Source: Gemmatimonadaceae bacterium
GTDB taxonomy: Bacteria > Gemmatimonadota > Gemmatimonadetes > Gemmatimonadales > Gemmatimonadaceae
Assembly: GCA_051859245.1 (NCBI GenBank)
Contig: JBHYGA010000004.1
Span: 512,001 to 576,000, forward strand
DNA length: 64,000 bases
Direction: 5' to 3'
Made by a program: the position numbers and the translations under genes. A model generated the notes under the pieces. It was given only the letters and a program-made list of their open reading frames with translations, had not been told where the DNA came from and made no database searches. Shown here piece after piece: positions 20,943-31,386 of the stretch (positions are counted from its first letter, which is position 1; each line of letters opens with the position of its first letter).

Positions 20943-22064
20943 CTATTTGCTTCGGCGTGTTAGCGAGTGCAGGTGAATCGTCTCCACATCGTCCTCGTCG
21001 CGATGCACACCGAGTACGTAATCGCGACCGATCTCCATCACGCGCAGGCCGGCCGGCAACTGCGCGCGCGCGACGGGCACTCCGCTCACGTCGTAGACCG
21101 TCCACCGATTGAGGTCCACCGGCCAACCGTATTCGCGTACCCAGATCAGGCCCGTTGCATCACCAACCAGTTCTTTGAAGGCGGGCAAAACTGCGGGCAA
21201 TGGTACATCAGTGACTGCCTCGATCCACGCTGGCGACGAGCGCGGGGATTGCGTCGCCATGCGTACAAGGCTGTCGCGAATCTTGCGGTGTTCGCCACTC
21301 GTGAATCGGTGACGTGGTGCACGCAGACGGATAACGTTTACTCGCTTGCCATCGGCGTCGAATACGAGCAGGGAGTCGCCCGATATTTCGCCAGCGACCG
21401 TGTGCGTTGTGGTGCTCCCGACCACCACAGTGTTACCGAATGGCACGATCATCGCTGAACTTCCGTCTCGCGACGCATGCTGTTCGGTAGACCGGAACGA
21501 GCCGAGCGTGGACAAGCGGTTCCCTACGAGCAGATGCAGATCGGTGGGCACGTGGAAGATCTGCCTGGGTTGTTGCTGCACTCGACCACTCGCGTACACG
21601 AGCCACGCATCAGCGCGTGCGTATTGGAATAACGGCCTGCCCTGGAGGTTCATGTGCTCGATGAGCGGGGTCAACGCAACAGAGCGAACGAACTTTCCGT
21701 TGCGATCGAACACCTGCTCCGTGCGCGACAATAAGTCGAGTGCACCAATACTCCCGTCCTTCTTCCAGTAGGCCTGGCTGAGCGAACGAAACTCGCCCGG
21801 CCCCGACCCGCTGCGTCCAAACGTCGCCATCACGGCTCCCGTTTTGGACATCAGGTAGAGACGCTGCGAGCCATTGTTGGCGATCAGCAGCGCACCATCA
21901 TCGCGGCGCATGACGGATCGCACGCGCAACAGCACGTCTCCGCCGGGTAGCTCGTTCTCGATGACTTGTGTCGGCCGCGCGTCGACGATCCACTGTACCG
22001 GCTGCGCGTTGAGCGCGTTGCACAGCAGCGTCGAAGCGGCAAGTTGCAGCAAAGCGGATCGCAT
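20943..22064 (-). CDS. Secreted 6-bladed beta-propeller protein
   Basis: Signal peptide; GRSGSGPGEF; C-terminal IWV...W.VYD..G...GVHRDEDDV. Confidence 0.75.
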   Translation of the reverse strand: MRSALLQLAASTLLCNALNAQPVQWIVDARPTQVIENELPGGDVLLRVRSVMRRDDGALLIANNGSQRLYLMSKTGAVMATFGRSGSGPGEFRSLSQAYWKKDGSIGALDLLSRTEQVFDRNGKFVRSVALTPLIEHMNLQGRPLFQYARADAWLVYASGRVQQQPRQIFHVPTDLHLLVGNRLSTLGSFRSTEQHASRDGSSAMIVPFGNTVVVGSTTTHTVAGEISGDSLLVFDADGKRVNVIRLRAPRHRFTSGEHRKIRDSLVRMATQSPRSSPAWIEAVTDVPLPAVLPAFKELVGDATGLIWVREYGWPVDLNRWTVYDVSGVPVARAQLPAGLRVMEIGRDYVLGVHRDEDDVETIHLHSLTRRSK

Positions 22065-22166
22065 GAAGGCTGATCTGGGAACGTGAAGTTCGGTGGGCTG
22101 CGTGCGGGCGGGCCGGCTGACGTTTCGGCGAGATGTTGCAGACGATGCTATGCGGTGTGCACGGTA

Positions 22167-22220
22167 GTGAAGCCGGAATGTCTGTTCAAGTCGGAACAGT
22201 ATTGGTACTGATGAGGTCGG
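22167..22220 (+). repeat. Second degenerate copy of the ahcY 3' end
   Basis: 48/54 identity with 2909-2962, including the stop codon. Confidence 0.85.
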
Positions 22221-22273
22221 CGGAGACCTGTGTGGCACCTTGATTGTACATACGATGTGCGTACATTTAATGA

Positions 22274-22567
22274 ATGAGTGCACCTCGGTTCGAGTGGGAT
22301 CCGCGGAAGGCGGCCCAGAACTTGAAAAAGCATGGCGTCGCCTTTCCGAAAGCCCAAACTGTTTTCGAGGACGAGGACGCGTTGTTGATCCCTGACCCGG
22401 ATCACTCGATCGACGAGGACCGCTACATCCTACTCGGCCTGAGCGGCGCCCTTCGGGTGCTTGTGGTCGTGCACTGCGAACGCCAGGAAGGCGATGTGAT
22501 TCGCCTCATTTCCGCGCGCAAAGCGACAAAGCCTGAGCAGCAGACTTATACCGATCGGAGGCTGTGA
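22274..22567 (+). CDS. BrnT-family toxin
   Basis: FEWDPRKAAQNLKKHGVAF...EDRYILLG...IRLISARKA. Confidence 0.9.
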   Translation: MSAPRFEWDPRKAAQNLKKHGVAFPKAQTVFEDEDALLIPDPDHSIDEDRYILLGLSGALRVLVVVHCERQEGDVIRLISARKATKPEQQTYTDRRL

Positions 22568-22797
22568 TGCGTAAACAATACGATTTCGCTCACGCGAAGA
22601 AGAATCCGTACGCGAAACGCTTGAAGAAGCCCGTCACCATTCGGCTCGACGAATCGACCGTCGCCTACTTCAAATCACTCGCGGACGAAACGGAGTTGCC
22701 GTACCAAAGCCTGATCAATCTGTACCTGCGAGACTGCGCGGCCTCGGGACGACGACTCTCGATGACATGGCGGGCGTCCCGCGCAGGTCCCGCATAA
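22567..22797 (+). CDS. BrnA/CopG-type antitoxin
   Basis: MRKQYDF..AKKNPYA...VTIRLD...YFK...PYQSLINLYL; TGATG coupling to the toxin. Confidence 0.9.
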   Translation: MRKQYDFAHAKKNPYAKRLKKPVTIRLDESTVAYFKSLADETELPYQSLINLYLRDCAASGRRLSMTWRASRAGPA

Positions 22798-22855
22798 CAC
22801 GCGTTGCTGCAGACAAGGGCATTGCGGTGCGCTTGTAACGGCCCCTCTCCGCGCC

Positions 22856-23437
22856 TCAGCTCACCGCCACGAAGTCCGTCGCCGAAAACCCTGCAGGAAA
22901 CTCCTGCGCTTCGAGCTCAGCGAATCCGGTACCAATCGCCGCAGGGTTGAGCGACAGCGCCGAGACGAGCGCTGCGTGCCGGTCGGTTTCGAACGTGTAG
23001 GCGCCACCTTCACCCGCGTCGGCTCGCAGGATCTCTTCAATCTTCATCGCGTCAGCCGGTCTGGTGAACGCGCGCGCGAGGGCCCGGGCATCGCCGCCCT
23101 GTTCCACCATGGCCGCGTCGTCCTCATCAAGATCGAAGTGCGACGGATCGGAGATGTACTCGTCCACCAACTCGCCGCTCTCGTAGAACGCATACATGAG
23201 CACGCTGTCATCGTGGTTGATCACGGCCAGCGCCTCACAGTCCATCGACCCGGAGTACAGCTCGGCCTGCGCGTGCACGAACTCCGGATCGTCGGACTCC
23301 TCACCGCCGTCGAACACGACGATCGAGCCGTTGCGAGCGGACGAGATCCGAGCGGTCCGGCCGGATTGTTGCGCGATCTGCACGACCGAAGCCTGATCGG
23401 CGGTGCGCAGCGTGAGGTTGGCGTAAAAACGGCCCAT
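22856..23437 (-). CDS. Hypothetical acidic protein
   Basis: 193-aa ORF with host-like codon usage; NHDDSVL.Y..Y..G..VDEY.SDP. Confidence 0.65.
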   Translation of the reverse strand: MGRFYANLTLRTADQASVVQIAQQSGRTARISSARNGSIVVFDGGEESDDPEFVHAQAELYSGSMDCEALAVINHDDSVLMYAFYESGELVDEYISDPSHFDLDEDDAAMVEQGGDARALARAFTRPADAMKIEEILRADAGEGGAYTFETDRHAALVSALSLNPAAIGTGFAELEAQEFPAGFSATDFVAVS

Positions 23438-23493
23438 GGGTTTGCGTCGGGGTGGGAAAAGAAACTGGTCGTTCAAAATGAAAATCGGCGAAC

Positions 23494-23982
23494 CTACTTT
23501 TTCAGTACGTCGGTCAGCAGCATGCCGCGCACGTCCTGAATGTCATCAATGCGCCACCGGTCGTCGTTGCGCTCCTGATCGTTGCGCAAAAGGTACGTGA
23601 TGGTCCAACTGCGCTCCCCATCAGTGAACGTCACCGGCACCCACGCTTTTTCGGACCGCACTTTCGCGTCGCCGATCGTGAAGCTGGTCGCGCCCTGGCT
23701 CCCGCTAAACGGATCGATCACCATCGGCGGCTTCGTCGTGGACTCTGCCGCACGCCCGAAAAAGTCGAATAAGGTGCGACGAAATCTTCGGGTAAGGAAT
23801 CGCTCCTTTTTGTCCATGCCGCTCGCGGTGAACGCCCGCGTACCCGCCATGTGCAGCTTGAGGAACTCGCGCACCGGGCGCTCCGCATAATCAATGAGCC
23901 CGGCGCTCGCGATTGTTGGCGCGAGTGCCAGAACGATTACGCTTGTGCCGGTGAGTTGCAGCCAGCGGCGACGGGTGAGCAT
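23494..23982 (-). CDS. Tat-exported hypothetical protein (DUF3828/NTF2-like)
   Basis: TRRRWL twin-arginine signal; DPFSGSQ and WRIDDI. Confidence 0.6.
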   Translation of the reverse strand: MLTRRRWLQLTGTSVIVLALAPTIASAGLIDYAERPVREFLKLHMAGTRAFTASGMDKKERFLTRRFRRTLFDFFGRAAESTTKPPMVIDPFSGSQGATSFTIGDAKVRSEKAWVPVTFTDGERSWTITYLLRNDQERNDDRWRIDDIQDVRGMLLTDVLKK

Positions 23983-24069
23983 GCGTTAAATGTACGTCAC
24001 CTGCGTTTCAATCGTCGCAGCGCGCATTCGCCGCAGCGCGTTCGCGACTCCCTCCCGAAGACCCCCGCC

Positions 24070-25713
24070 ATGATGTTGACCCCACACGTGCCCCTTCATC
24101 GCTCTGCACGCCTTTGGGCGCTTGCCAGCGCCATCCTGTTGGCCGCCTCGCCCATTGCATCGCCAGTGGCCGCGCAGGAGCTGCAGACGCACGCGGAACG
24201 CTCGGGCTTTACCGAGTACACGCCGTACGATTCGATGATGAAGTACCTGCAGCAACTCCAGGGAATGAGCCCGGAAGTGCGCATGGGCATTTACGGCAAG
24301 AGCTATCAGGGACGGGAGCTGCCCTACATGGTTTTCTCGCGTCCGGCCGTGAGTGAGCCGTGGGAGGCCTGGTCGCTGGGACGCCCGGTGGTCGTCCTGA
24401 ACGCCAACGTGCACGGCGGTGAGCGCACGCTTCGCGAGTCACTGCTGATTCTGATGCGGGAGATGGCCACGCCGGGCACGGAGGCTAACGCCTATCTGGA
24501 TAAGGTGGTCATTGTGGTGGCCCCGCAGATCAATCCCGACGGCTTTTCTGCGTCCCCGAACGGGACGCGTGGCAATGCCTGGGGCGTTGATATGAACCGG
24601 GACTGGGTCAAGCGCGAGCAGCCGTCCATGGCCGCCTACGCCCAGAACGTGATCGGTCGCTGGATGCCCCACATGTTCGTGGACGGGCATAACGGGGGCT
24701 CGTTCCCGTACCAGCTGACGTATCAGTGCCCTTCGCATGCGGAGCCCGACCAGCGGATTACGGAGCTGTGCGACAAGGAGATCTTTCCGGCCATCGACCG
24801 TCGACTGGAGGCGGTGGGCATGGACACGTGGTACTACCAGAACGGCTCCCGCACGCGTTGGAATGGCGGCGGCTCCGATGCTCGTATCGGCCGCAACTTT
24901 GGCGGCTTCGCCAACATGGTAGGCATCCTCTTCGAGTCGCCCCCGGGTCAACCCATGAATGAGGGCGTGAAGGCGGGCGTTTTGGGCTACAAGGCAGTGG
25001 TGGAGTACGCCCGCGACAACTCGGCCAAGCTCATGGACATTGTAAACCGGGCGCGGCGTGAGACGGTGGAGATGGGTCAGCGCGCAGAGGGCCAGGTTGT
25101 TGTGGAGATGGAGTATCAGCCACAGCCCTACCCGGTCACGTACGAGATCGGCGTGCGCGAGGACGGCGTGCTCAAGCGGGTGAAGGTCACCCACGATTCC
25201 ATGATGACGCGCCCGGTGGCCACGAAGACCAGACCGCGCCCCTACGCGTACATCCTTCCCCGCGAAGCGGTGAACGCGGTGGCAATGCTGCAACGCGCTG
25301 GCGTGACGGTCGAGCGTTTGCTGGAGCCGATGCAGACCGATGTGGAGTCGTACGTCATTGAGAGCGTGAGCTTTGAGCAGGCGTATAACCACGCCGCGGC
25401 CGTGCGGCTCAAGTTGGCCGACACGACGCTGAAGCGCACCGAGACGTTCCCGGCGGGGAGTTACGTGATCCGCACCGGACAGATGATGGGCCGGCTGGCC
25501 GCCCATATGCTGGAGCCGGAGACGAATGACAACGTGTTCTACTGGAACACGATGGACGCGTGGATTCCGCTGTCGAGGCTGATGCCGTCTCGGCCGAGCC
25601 GGCCGGACCCGGAAGAGGGATTCCCGGGCGCTCAGGCGGCGCGGCCGCCGCTGGCGCCGGTCTACAAGGTGACGCGTCCGCGCGCGATTCCGTCGCGGAT
25701 TGTGGAGCCCTAA
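24070..25713 (+). CDS. M14 zinc carboxypeptidase family protein
   Basis: Signal peptide; HGGE, NPDG, DMNRD, DGH. Confidence 0.9.
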   Translation: MMLTPHVPLHRSARLWALASAILLAASPIASPVAAQELQTHAERSGFTEYTPYDSMMKYLQQLQGMSPEVRMGIYGKSYQGRELPYMVFSRPAVSEPWEAWSLGRPVVVLNANVHGGERTLRESLLILMREMATPGTEANAYLDKVVIVVAPQINPDGFSASPNGTRGNAWGVDMNRDWVKREQPSMAAYAQNVIGRWMPHMFVDGHNGGSFPYQLTYQCPSHAEPDQRITELCDKEIFPAIDRRLEAVGMDTWYYQNGSRTRWNGGGSDARIGRNFGGFANMVGILFESPPGQPMNEGVKAGVLGYKAVVEYARDNSAKLMDIVNRARRETVEMGQRAEGQVVVEMEYQPQPYPVTYEIGVREDGVLKRVKVTHDSMMTRPVATKTRPRPYAYILPREAVNAVAMLQRAGVTVERLLEPMQTDVESYVIESVSFEQAYNHAAAVRLKLADTTLKRTETFPAGSYVIRTGQMMGRLAAHMLEPETNDNVFYWNTMDAWIPLSRLMPSRPSRPDPEEGFPGAQAARPPLAPVYKVTRPRAIPSRIVEP

Positions 25714-26168
25714 GACACCGCGATCCCGGTAAGCTTCGCGTTTGCGGCCTTTTCCATATCGAGAATTTTCGAGAGCAGATCGTGTGCCTCGTCGTTCTTG
25801 AGCTGCTTGGCCCACTCGCGAAGCGTGCCGTAGCGCGCAATCTCGTAGTGCTCGACGGCCTGTGCGGCACCGATCAGACACGCTTCCAACGCCTCGCCAC
25901 TGGCCTCCTCCATAATGCCTTCGGCCTCTTTGATGAGGCCTTCAATGGCGTCGCATTTTTCGCCCTCAGACGGCTGGTCAATTGAGGCGAAGACCTTCTG
26001 GAGGATCTTGACCTGCTCCTTCGTCTCCTTCAGGTGCTCTTCAAAGGCCGATTTCAAATCAGCTGAGGAGGCCGCTTCGATCATCTTGGGCAGCGCCTTG
26101 ACGATCGCTTTTTCGGCGTAATACACGTCTTTGAGCGTGTGATGGAACGCTTCTGCTTGAGTTTTCAT
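25710..26168 (-). CDS. YciF/DUF892 ferritin-like protein
   Basis: LKDVYYAEK, HLKET..Q, AQAVEHYEIARYGTL. Confidence 0.9.
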   Translation of the reverse strand: MKTQAEAFHHTLKDVYYAEKAIVKALPKMIEAASSADLKSAFEEHLKETKEQVKILQKVFASIDQPSEGEKCDAIEGLIKEAEGIMEEASGEALEACLIGAAQAVEHYEIARYGTLREWAKQLKNDEAHDLLSKILDMEKAANAKLTGIAVS

Positions 26169-26364
26169 GAGTCGATCCCCAGACGAGAAATAGTGCGACG
26201 GCGGCCGAGCGCATCGCGCCTACGGGAAGAGGCCACCGACACATCGAACATGGGGCAGGCGGGCGCGTAGAGCTATCCAACGTTGGAGCGGTTCTCTGCT
26301 AGTCCGAGTGGACAATAGGCGTTGTCAGCGCCGAGCTCTTCCACAACCGACCAGTTGCTCCAGT

Positions 26365-26405
26365 TCATCGATCGCAGTATCGTTGTACGATACGCCTATC
26401 GATGA
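26365..26405. promoter_or_regulatory. Nested palindrome, probable TA autorepression operator
   Basis: tcatcgat..gtatcgt-tgt-acgatac..atcgatga just upstream of the antitoxin start. Confidence 0.55.
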
Positions 26406-26412
26406 GGTTCCG

Positions 26413-26619
26413 ATGTCCGTCGTCACCGTATCGCCGAAGTTTCAGGTGGTCATTCCGCGCGAAATCCGGGAAGCGTTGCGTCTGGAGCCCGGACAGAAAG
26501 TGCAAGTGCTGCAGTATCAGAATCGGGTCGAGTTCATTCCGGTTCAGGCGATGCGCAAGATGCGCGGGTTTCTGAAAGGCATCGACACGACCGTGCCGCG
26601 TGACCGGGACCGCGTGTGA
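26413..26619 (+). CDS. AbrB/MazE-fold antitoxin
   Basis: VTVSPKFQVVIPREIRE.L.L.PG. Confidence 0.9.
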   Translation: MSVVTVSPKFQVVIPREIREALRLEPGQKVQVLQYQNRVEFIPVQAMRKMRGFLKGIDTTVPRDRDRV

Positions 26620-26993
26620 ATCTGATCGACTCGTCGGCGTGGCTCGAATACTTCGCCGGGAGCAGACAGGCGTCGCATGTGACGGCCGCCATCGAAAACA
26701 TCGGGCGCCTGTTAGTCCCCACGATAGTGCTTGTGGAAGTCACGCGGCGTGTCATGCAGCAGCGAGACGAAGACGCCGCATTGCAAGTTGCTGCCGTGAT
26801 GCATCAAGGCCAGATCGTAGCGCTCGACAGCGGGATTGCATTGAGTGCGGCGCATTTTGGCGTCGTCCACAAACTGCCCTTGGCGGACAGCATCATTTTC
26901 GCTACCGCGAAGCAGTTCGACGCCACCATTTGGACGTTCGATGCCGACTTCAAAGACCTGCCCGGCGTGAACTACTTCGCCAAATCGAAGTAG
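26616..26993 (+). CDS. VapC PIN-domain toxin
   Basis: IDSSAWLEY, LVEV, LPLADSII.ATA, WT.D.DF; GTGA overlap. Confidence 0.9.
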   Translation: MNLIDSSAWLEYFAGSRQASHVTAAIENIGRLLVPTIVLVEVTRRVMQQRDEDAALQVAAVMHQGQIVALDSGIALSAAHFGVVHKLPLADSIIFATAKQFDATIWTFDADFKDLPGVNYFAKSK

Positions 26994-27052
26994 CGTGGGC
27001 TCGGAGTTCCAAGCTGAGCACGCTATTCCGCGGCGGTGCGCCAGCAACGCAC

Positions 27053-30000
27053 TCACCCCGGCGCCAACTTCGCGCGCAGTGCCGCCACACGCTCGCGCGC
27101 GGCGCGCACCACGGGCTCTTGCTCCGGTTCTGGCATTGTCCAGTCGGCGAGGAAGGCGTCGTAGTAACGGATCGCGCGGCGCAGATCGCCGCGCGCGTCG
27201 TACAGCTCGGCCAGCCGGCGCCTGGCCGTGGGAAAGTACACGGCATCGAAGTCGCCGAGGCTGGGAGAGGTGAGCGCCGCCTCCATCCAGATAATCGCCG
27301 AGTCGGGACGACCCGCGCGATCGTGCATCATGCCCATGAGAAACGCTTCTTCCGGGTCGGCCGACGCGCGTTCCGCGATGGCGAGCCGGAGGTGCCCGAT
27401 CGCCGCATCGTGCTCATCTGCCGCCATGGCGAGGTAGGCACGTCCGCGCGCCTCCGCGAAGCGCCGGAGAGGAGTGCGCGGCAGCTGGTCGCGCATGGCC
27501 GTCTCAAACGCCAGGCGCGCGATGCTCGTATCACCGGCCATTGCGGCGGCCAGCAATATGGGTGGCCATGGTCGGGAGTCGGCCGGAACGGCCTCGAGCA
27601 CAGCGGGCGCGGTAGCACGTCGCAGTTGCACTCGCGCTTGCGCTACATCGCCCCAGAAGAACACACTCGCAAAGGCCGAATCCGCGGTCGCCAGCATCAC
27701 GGCAACGCCGGGCGGTGCTCCAGCGGTCGCGGCCTTGTGCATGGCGGCGAGATAGCCGGTCGCCTCGCGCGGGCGACCACGCTGCGCAGCCCACCCGGAG
27801 AGGAATGCGTTCGTCAGTCGCGCCTGCCGACCTGACTTCGGCGCCTTGGCCAGCTGACGCGCCTCCACCACGGAACTGTCGAACAGTCCGCGCGCGTAGG
27901 CCTGCCACGAGCGCGCCTCCCAGAGATCAGCGTTGTCGGGCAACCGTTCGGCGAACAGTTGGGCGACGCTGTCGATGCCCGCGGTGTCGCGAAGTGCGTA
28001 GAGCACCTGGAGCAGGTTCGTGAAGTTGGAGCCTGATGCGCTGCGGGTGTTCAGCGAGCGACGAAGCGCCTGGGCCGCATCTTCATATCGACGCAGGTCG
28101 ACGTAAATGACCGACAGATTGTTGAGCGCGGTGGAGTTGGTGGAGTCGCGGCGCAGCACTTCTTCATACGCCGACGCCGCCTTGGTGTAATCGGGCTCTG
28201 GTCCGCGCGTGTAGTAGTAGCCCTCGGTGAAGGCCCGCTCCTCGTCGCTCAGCCGGTCCTTGTAGCGCATGGCATTCTCCAACGCCTGCGCCGCTCTCGG
28301 TGTGCGAGAACCCGAGTTGTTGAGCACTACCGCAATGCGCCGCCAGGCCATGGCGAACGTGCTGTCGAGTTCGACGGCGTCCTGCAGGAGCTGCAAGCCT
28401 CGGGTGTCATCGCCACGCGCGCCAAGGAATTGCGTTGCCTCCACGTATTTGCGCAGCGCCGGCAGCGACGCGGTGGTCACGCGTTCGAGCGGATGCGTAC
28501 GACGAATGCCTTTGAGCGACTCACCAACGCGTTCGCGAATACTGCGCGAGAGTGTGCCAACGGCGTTCACGAGCGTCTCGTCGCTCTCGGCTTCTTCGCG
28601 AAACGTTGCGAGTTCGGAGCCGTCGAGTGGCGAGACAAGTCGGGCGGAAATGACGTAGGTAGTGCCGAGCCGCACGATCTCACCGTCCACCACGGCGCGC
28701 GCGCCTTCACGCGTGGCGATTTCGCGGGCGAGTTCATACAGCACGATGCTTTCGCGCGGACGCTGCATACGATCGAGAATGTCCCGCACACTCGCGCGCG
28801 TCAGCACCGACAGGTTGGCCGACTGCGCCAGATCGGTGCGCAGCGCTTCCGCGACGGTGGTGCCGATGAGTGAGTCGTCGGCGGGCGGTCGGAAGTCGGC
28901 CACCACAATGGTCTCGCGCTCGCTGAACTCGCCCTTGGCCATGAGTGACGCCGCGGGCCCGACGCCGAGCGCACGTGTGGCGACAAAACCGCCGACGAGG
29001 AGCACGAGCGCACCGATGGCCACGGCTCCGGCCCGCCAGGTGCGCGTCCACGAAACGTGTGGACTGGCGCGCAGGGCAATCGTGGCCATCGTGCCGGCGG
29101 CCCGTGGTGTGCCACCGGGCGTAAAGGTGGGCGTGGCGGCGGCCGCGCGATGCGCGGTGCGATGGACCCACCACGTGCCAATCACGGCCGGCAGTCCGAG
29201 CAGTGCCACCGAGGCGGCCGCGATCAGCGCCCAGTCGGGGAGGCCGATGAATGTGGTGGCGGCGTAGACACTCAGGAGCAGGAACACCGAGATGGCCGCC
29301 CACGTGGCGAGGGCACGGGCGAGTCGCACGCGTCGTGCCGGTGCCCGCACAGCCCCGGAGGCGCTGCCGCTATGCGAGGCGTCGAGCGCGCGGACAATGC
29401 TCGCTGCATCCTGCGGGCGGTCTTCCGGACTCTTCGCGAGGCATTGCATGACCACCGCCGCGAGATCCGGAGGCAACGACGGCTGCAACTCGCGGATGTC
29501 CCTCGGCGGCTCACCGAGATGTGCGGCCAGCACGCGCGCCGGTGTGCGTCCAGCGAACACCTGTTGTCCCGAGAGCAGCTCATACGCCATTGCGCCGAAC
29601 GCGTACAGATCGGCGCGATGGTCGAGCTCGGGATCAGCGGCCGCCTGTTCGGGCGCCATGTAGGCCGGCGTGCCGATGGCCATGCCCGCCTGCGTGAGCG
29701 CCGTGTTGTTGCCCGCGGCGCGCGAGGCGGAGATGGCCTTCGCGATGCCGAAGTCGGTGACCGTGGCGCTGCCGGCGGAGAGCAGCACGTTGTCGGGCTT
29801 GATGTCGCGGTGCACAATGCCGTGGCTGTGTGCGTAGGCGAGTGCGCGCGCCACGTCTCGGAGCAGCCCCAGGGCTTCATCCAGCGGCACGGGGCCGCGC
29901 AGCATGCGCTCGCGCAGCGACTCACCGTCAACGTACGGCATGGAGAACCACGGCAGCCCGTTGGCGTCACCTGAGGCGAGTACCGGCACCACGTGCGGAT

Positions 30001-30217
30001 GCTGCAGCTTGGCCGCCATGAGGACTTCGCGCTTGAAGCGTTCGACGCTGAGTCCCTCGAGCAACTCGGGGGCGAGCACCTTCACCACAACCTGCCGATC
30101 GAGCGATCGCTCGCGGGCCAGGTAGGTGCGGGACATGCCACCACCGCCGAGTTCCGACTCGAAGGTGTAGGTGTCGGCAAGCGCCTGCTCCAAACGAGCT
30201 CGGAAGGCGTCAGTCAT
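27053..30217 (-). CDS. Membrane Ser/Thr protein kinase with TPR domain
   Basis: LGGGGMS, VVVK, HRDIKPDN, DFG, GTPAYMAPE; TM helices; TPR-like C-terminus. Confidence 0.92.
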   Translation of the reverse strand: MTDAFRARLEQALADTYTFESELGGGGMSRTYLARERSLDRQVVVKVLAPELLEGLSVERFKREVLMAAKLQHPHVVPVLASGDANGLPWFSMPYVDGESLRERMLRGPVPLDEALGLLRDVARALAYAHSHGIVHRDIKPDNVLLSAGSATVTDFGIAKAISASRAAGNNTALTQAGMAIGTPAYMAPEQAAADPELDHRADLYAFGAMAYELLSGQQVFAGRTPARVLAAHLGEPPRDIRELQPSLPPDLAAVVMQCLAKSPEDRPQDAASIVRALDASHSGSASGAVRAPARRVRLARALATWAAISVFLLLSVYAATTFIGLPDWALIAAASVALLGLPAVIGTWWVHRTAHRAAAATPTFTPGGTPRAAGTMATIALRASPHVSWTRTWRAGAVAIGALVLLVGGFVATRALGVGPAASLMAKGEFSERETIVVADFRPPADDSLIGTTVAEALRTDLAQSANLSVLTRASVRDILDRMQRPRESIVLYELAREIATREGARAVVDGEIVRLGTTYVISARLVSPLDGSELATFREEAESDETLVNAVGTLSRSIRERVGESLKGIRRTHPLERVTTASLPALRKYVEATQFLGARGDDTRGLQLLQDAVELDSTFAMAWRRIAVVLNNSGSRTPRAAQALENAMRYKDRLSDEERAFTEGYYYTRGPEPDYTKAASAYEEVLRRDSTNSTALNNLSVIYVDLRRYEDAAQALRRSLNTRSASGSNFTNLLQVLYALRDTAGIDSVAQLFAERLPDNADLWEARSWQAYARGLFDSSVVEARQLAKAPKSGRQARLTNAFLSGWAAQRGRPREATGYLAAMHKAATAGAPPGVAVMLATADSAFASVFFWGDVAQARVQLRRATAPAVLEAVPADSRPWPPILLAAAMAGDTSIARLAFETAMRDQLPRTPLRRFAEARGRAYLAMAADEHDAAIGHLRLAIAERASADPEEAFLMGMMHDRAGRPDSAIIWMEAALTSPSLGDFDAVYFPTARRRLAELYDARGDLRRAIRYYDAFLADWTMPEPEQEPVVRAARERVAALRAKLAPG

Positions 30218-30250
30218 GCAGCGGTGGGGGTCATTGCTGCAGAATGTACA

Positions 30251-30282
30251 GCAGGAAGTTGCCAATGTCGAAGAGCAGCGCG
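30251..30282 (-). repeat. 32-nt exact copy of an internal segment of the creatininase-family gene
   Basis: gcaggaagttgccaatgtcgaagagcagcgcg is identical to 33153-33184. Confidence 0.85.
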
Positions 30283-30373
30283 ACCGGCTGGCACCTATCG
30301 CTGAACTCTCGCTTTCATCTCACATCTCTTCCACCACGATGACGCTTCTCGACTCTCGCGCCACCTGCAAGCA

Positions 30374-30916
30374 ATGAGCATCGATCCCCGCTCGCTCTGG
30401 GACTACGTGGGTGACGAGCACCCGGCCTTCGCGCAAAAGGCCGGGCCCGGGCAGGAATCGGTGTGGGATTATCCTCGGCCGCCGCGGCTCGAGCCCGACT
30501 CGCGTGAGATCGTGGTGAAGGTCGGTGACGTGGAGATCGTGCGCACCACGCGCGCGCTCCGCATGCTCGAAACCGCCAGTCCGCCCACCTTCTACCTTCC
30601 GTTTGCCGACGCGTCACCGGAGGTGCTCGTTCCGACGGCCGGCGCCGGTCGCTCGCACTGCGAATGGAAGGGCGCGGCCAAGTACTGGTCGCTGGTGGTG
30701 GGTGACACGCGCCTCGACGCCGTGGCGTGGTCGTACCCCGAGCCGAACGCGCCGTATGCGGCGTTGCGCGATCATTTCTCGTTGTATCCGGGGCGCGTGG
30801 CCTGCTTCGTGAATGGGGAGCGCGTGCAGCCGCAGGAGGGTGGGTTCTACGGAGGCTGGGTGACGCACGAGATCGTGGGGCCGTGGAAGGGCGGGCCGGG
30901 TACGGGCGGCTGGTAG
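30374..30916 (+). CDS. DUF427-domain protein
   Basis: ESVWDYPRPPRLE, ETASPPTFY, CEWKG.A.Y, FYGGWVT. Confidence 0.85.
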   Translation: MSIDPRSLWDYVGDEHPAFAQKAGPGQESVWDYPRPPRLEPDSREIVVKVGDVEIVRTTRALRMLETASPPTFYLPFADASPEVLVPTAGAGRSHCEWKGAAKYWSLVVGDTRLDAVAWSYPEPNAPYAALRDHFSLYPGRVACFVNGERVQPQEGGFYGGWVTHEIVGPWKGGPGTGGW

Positions 30917-30957
30917 GGCAATCACTTCCGTAGCGAAGGGGCGCGCGCTGCGATGAA

Positions 30958-31386
30958 TCACACGACGGGTGAACGCCACCGCAGTCCCGGGAAGCGCGCG
31001 AAATCCTTGTCGGTCGATATCCACTCTGTGCCGTGTTCAATCGCGAGCGCGGCATGATAGGCATCGGCCACGAGATTCCCGCGCACGCCGTCATGGTTAC
31101 ATAGTGTAAGGAAAATCTCCCAGTGTCGCTCCCCGGGCCGCAGCGCGACCACCCGCGGATGCTCCCGCAGCGCGCTCACGTACTGGGCTGCGGCGTCCAT
31201 CGGCATTGGCGGATCAAAGACGCGCGGGTTGGTGAGCACACGGAGTACGCCAGAGAGCACCAACTCGGAGATGCCGACGGGTTCCTGCGCGGCGAGCGCA
31301 TCGTCGAGCCACGCGCGAAACTCGGCGTGGCGCGGCGCGTCGTCACGCGCGGCGTACACGAGCACATTGACGTCGGGCGAGATCAC
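30958..31386 (-). CDS. VapC PIN-domain toxin
   Basis: PDVNVLVYA, GNLVADAYHAALAIEHG, STDKDFARF. Confidence 0.92.
   Translation of the reverse strand: MISPDVNVLVYAARDDAPRHAEFRAWLDDALAAQEPVGISELVLSGVLRVLTNPRVFDPPMPMDAAAQYVSALREHPRVVALRPGERHWEIFLTLCNHDGVRGNLVADAYHAALAIEHGTEWISTDKDFARFPGLRWRSPVV

Noticed and set aside
24439..25881. Long antisense ORFs (also 26600-27835, 32638-33585, 49080-50183, 53083-54402)
   Set aside because: Shadow frames of well-supported genes in high-GC DNA, with no motifs
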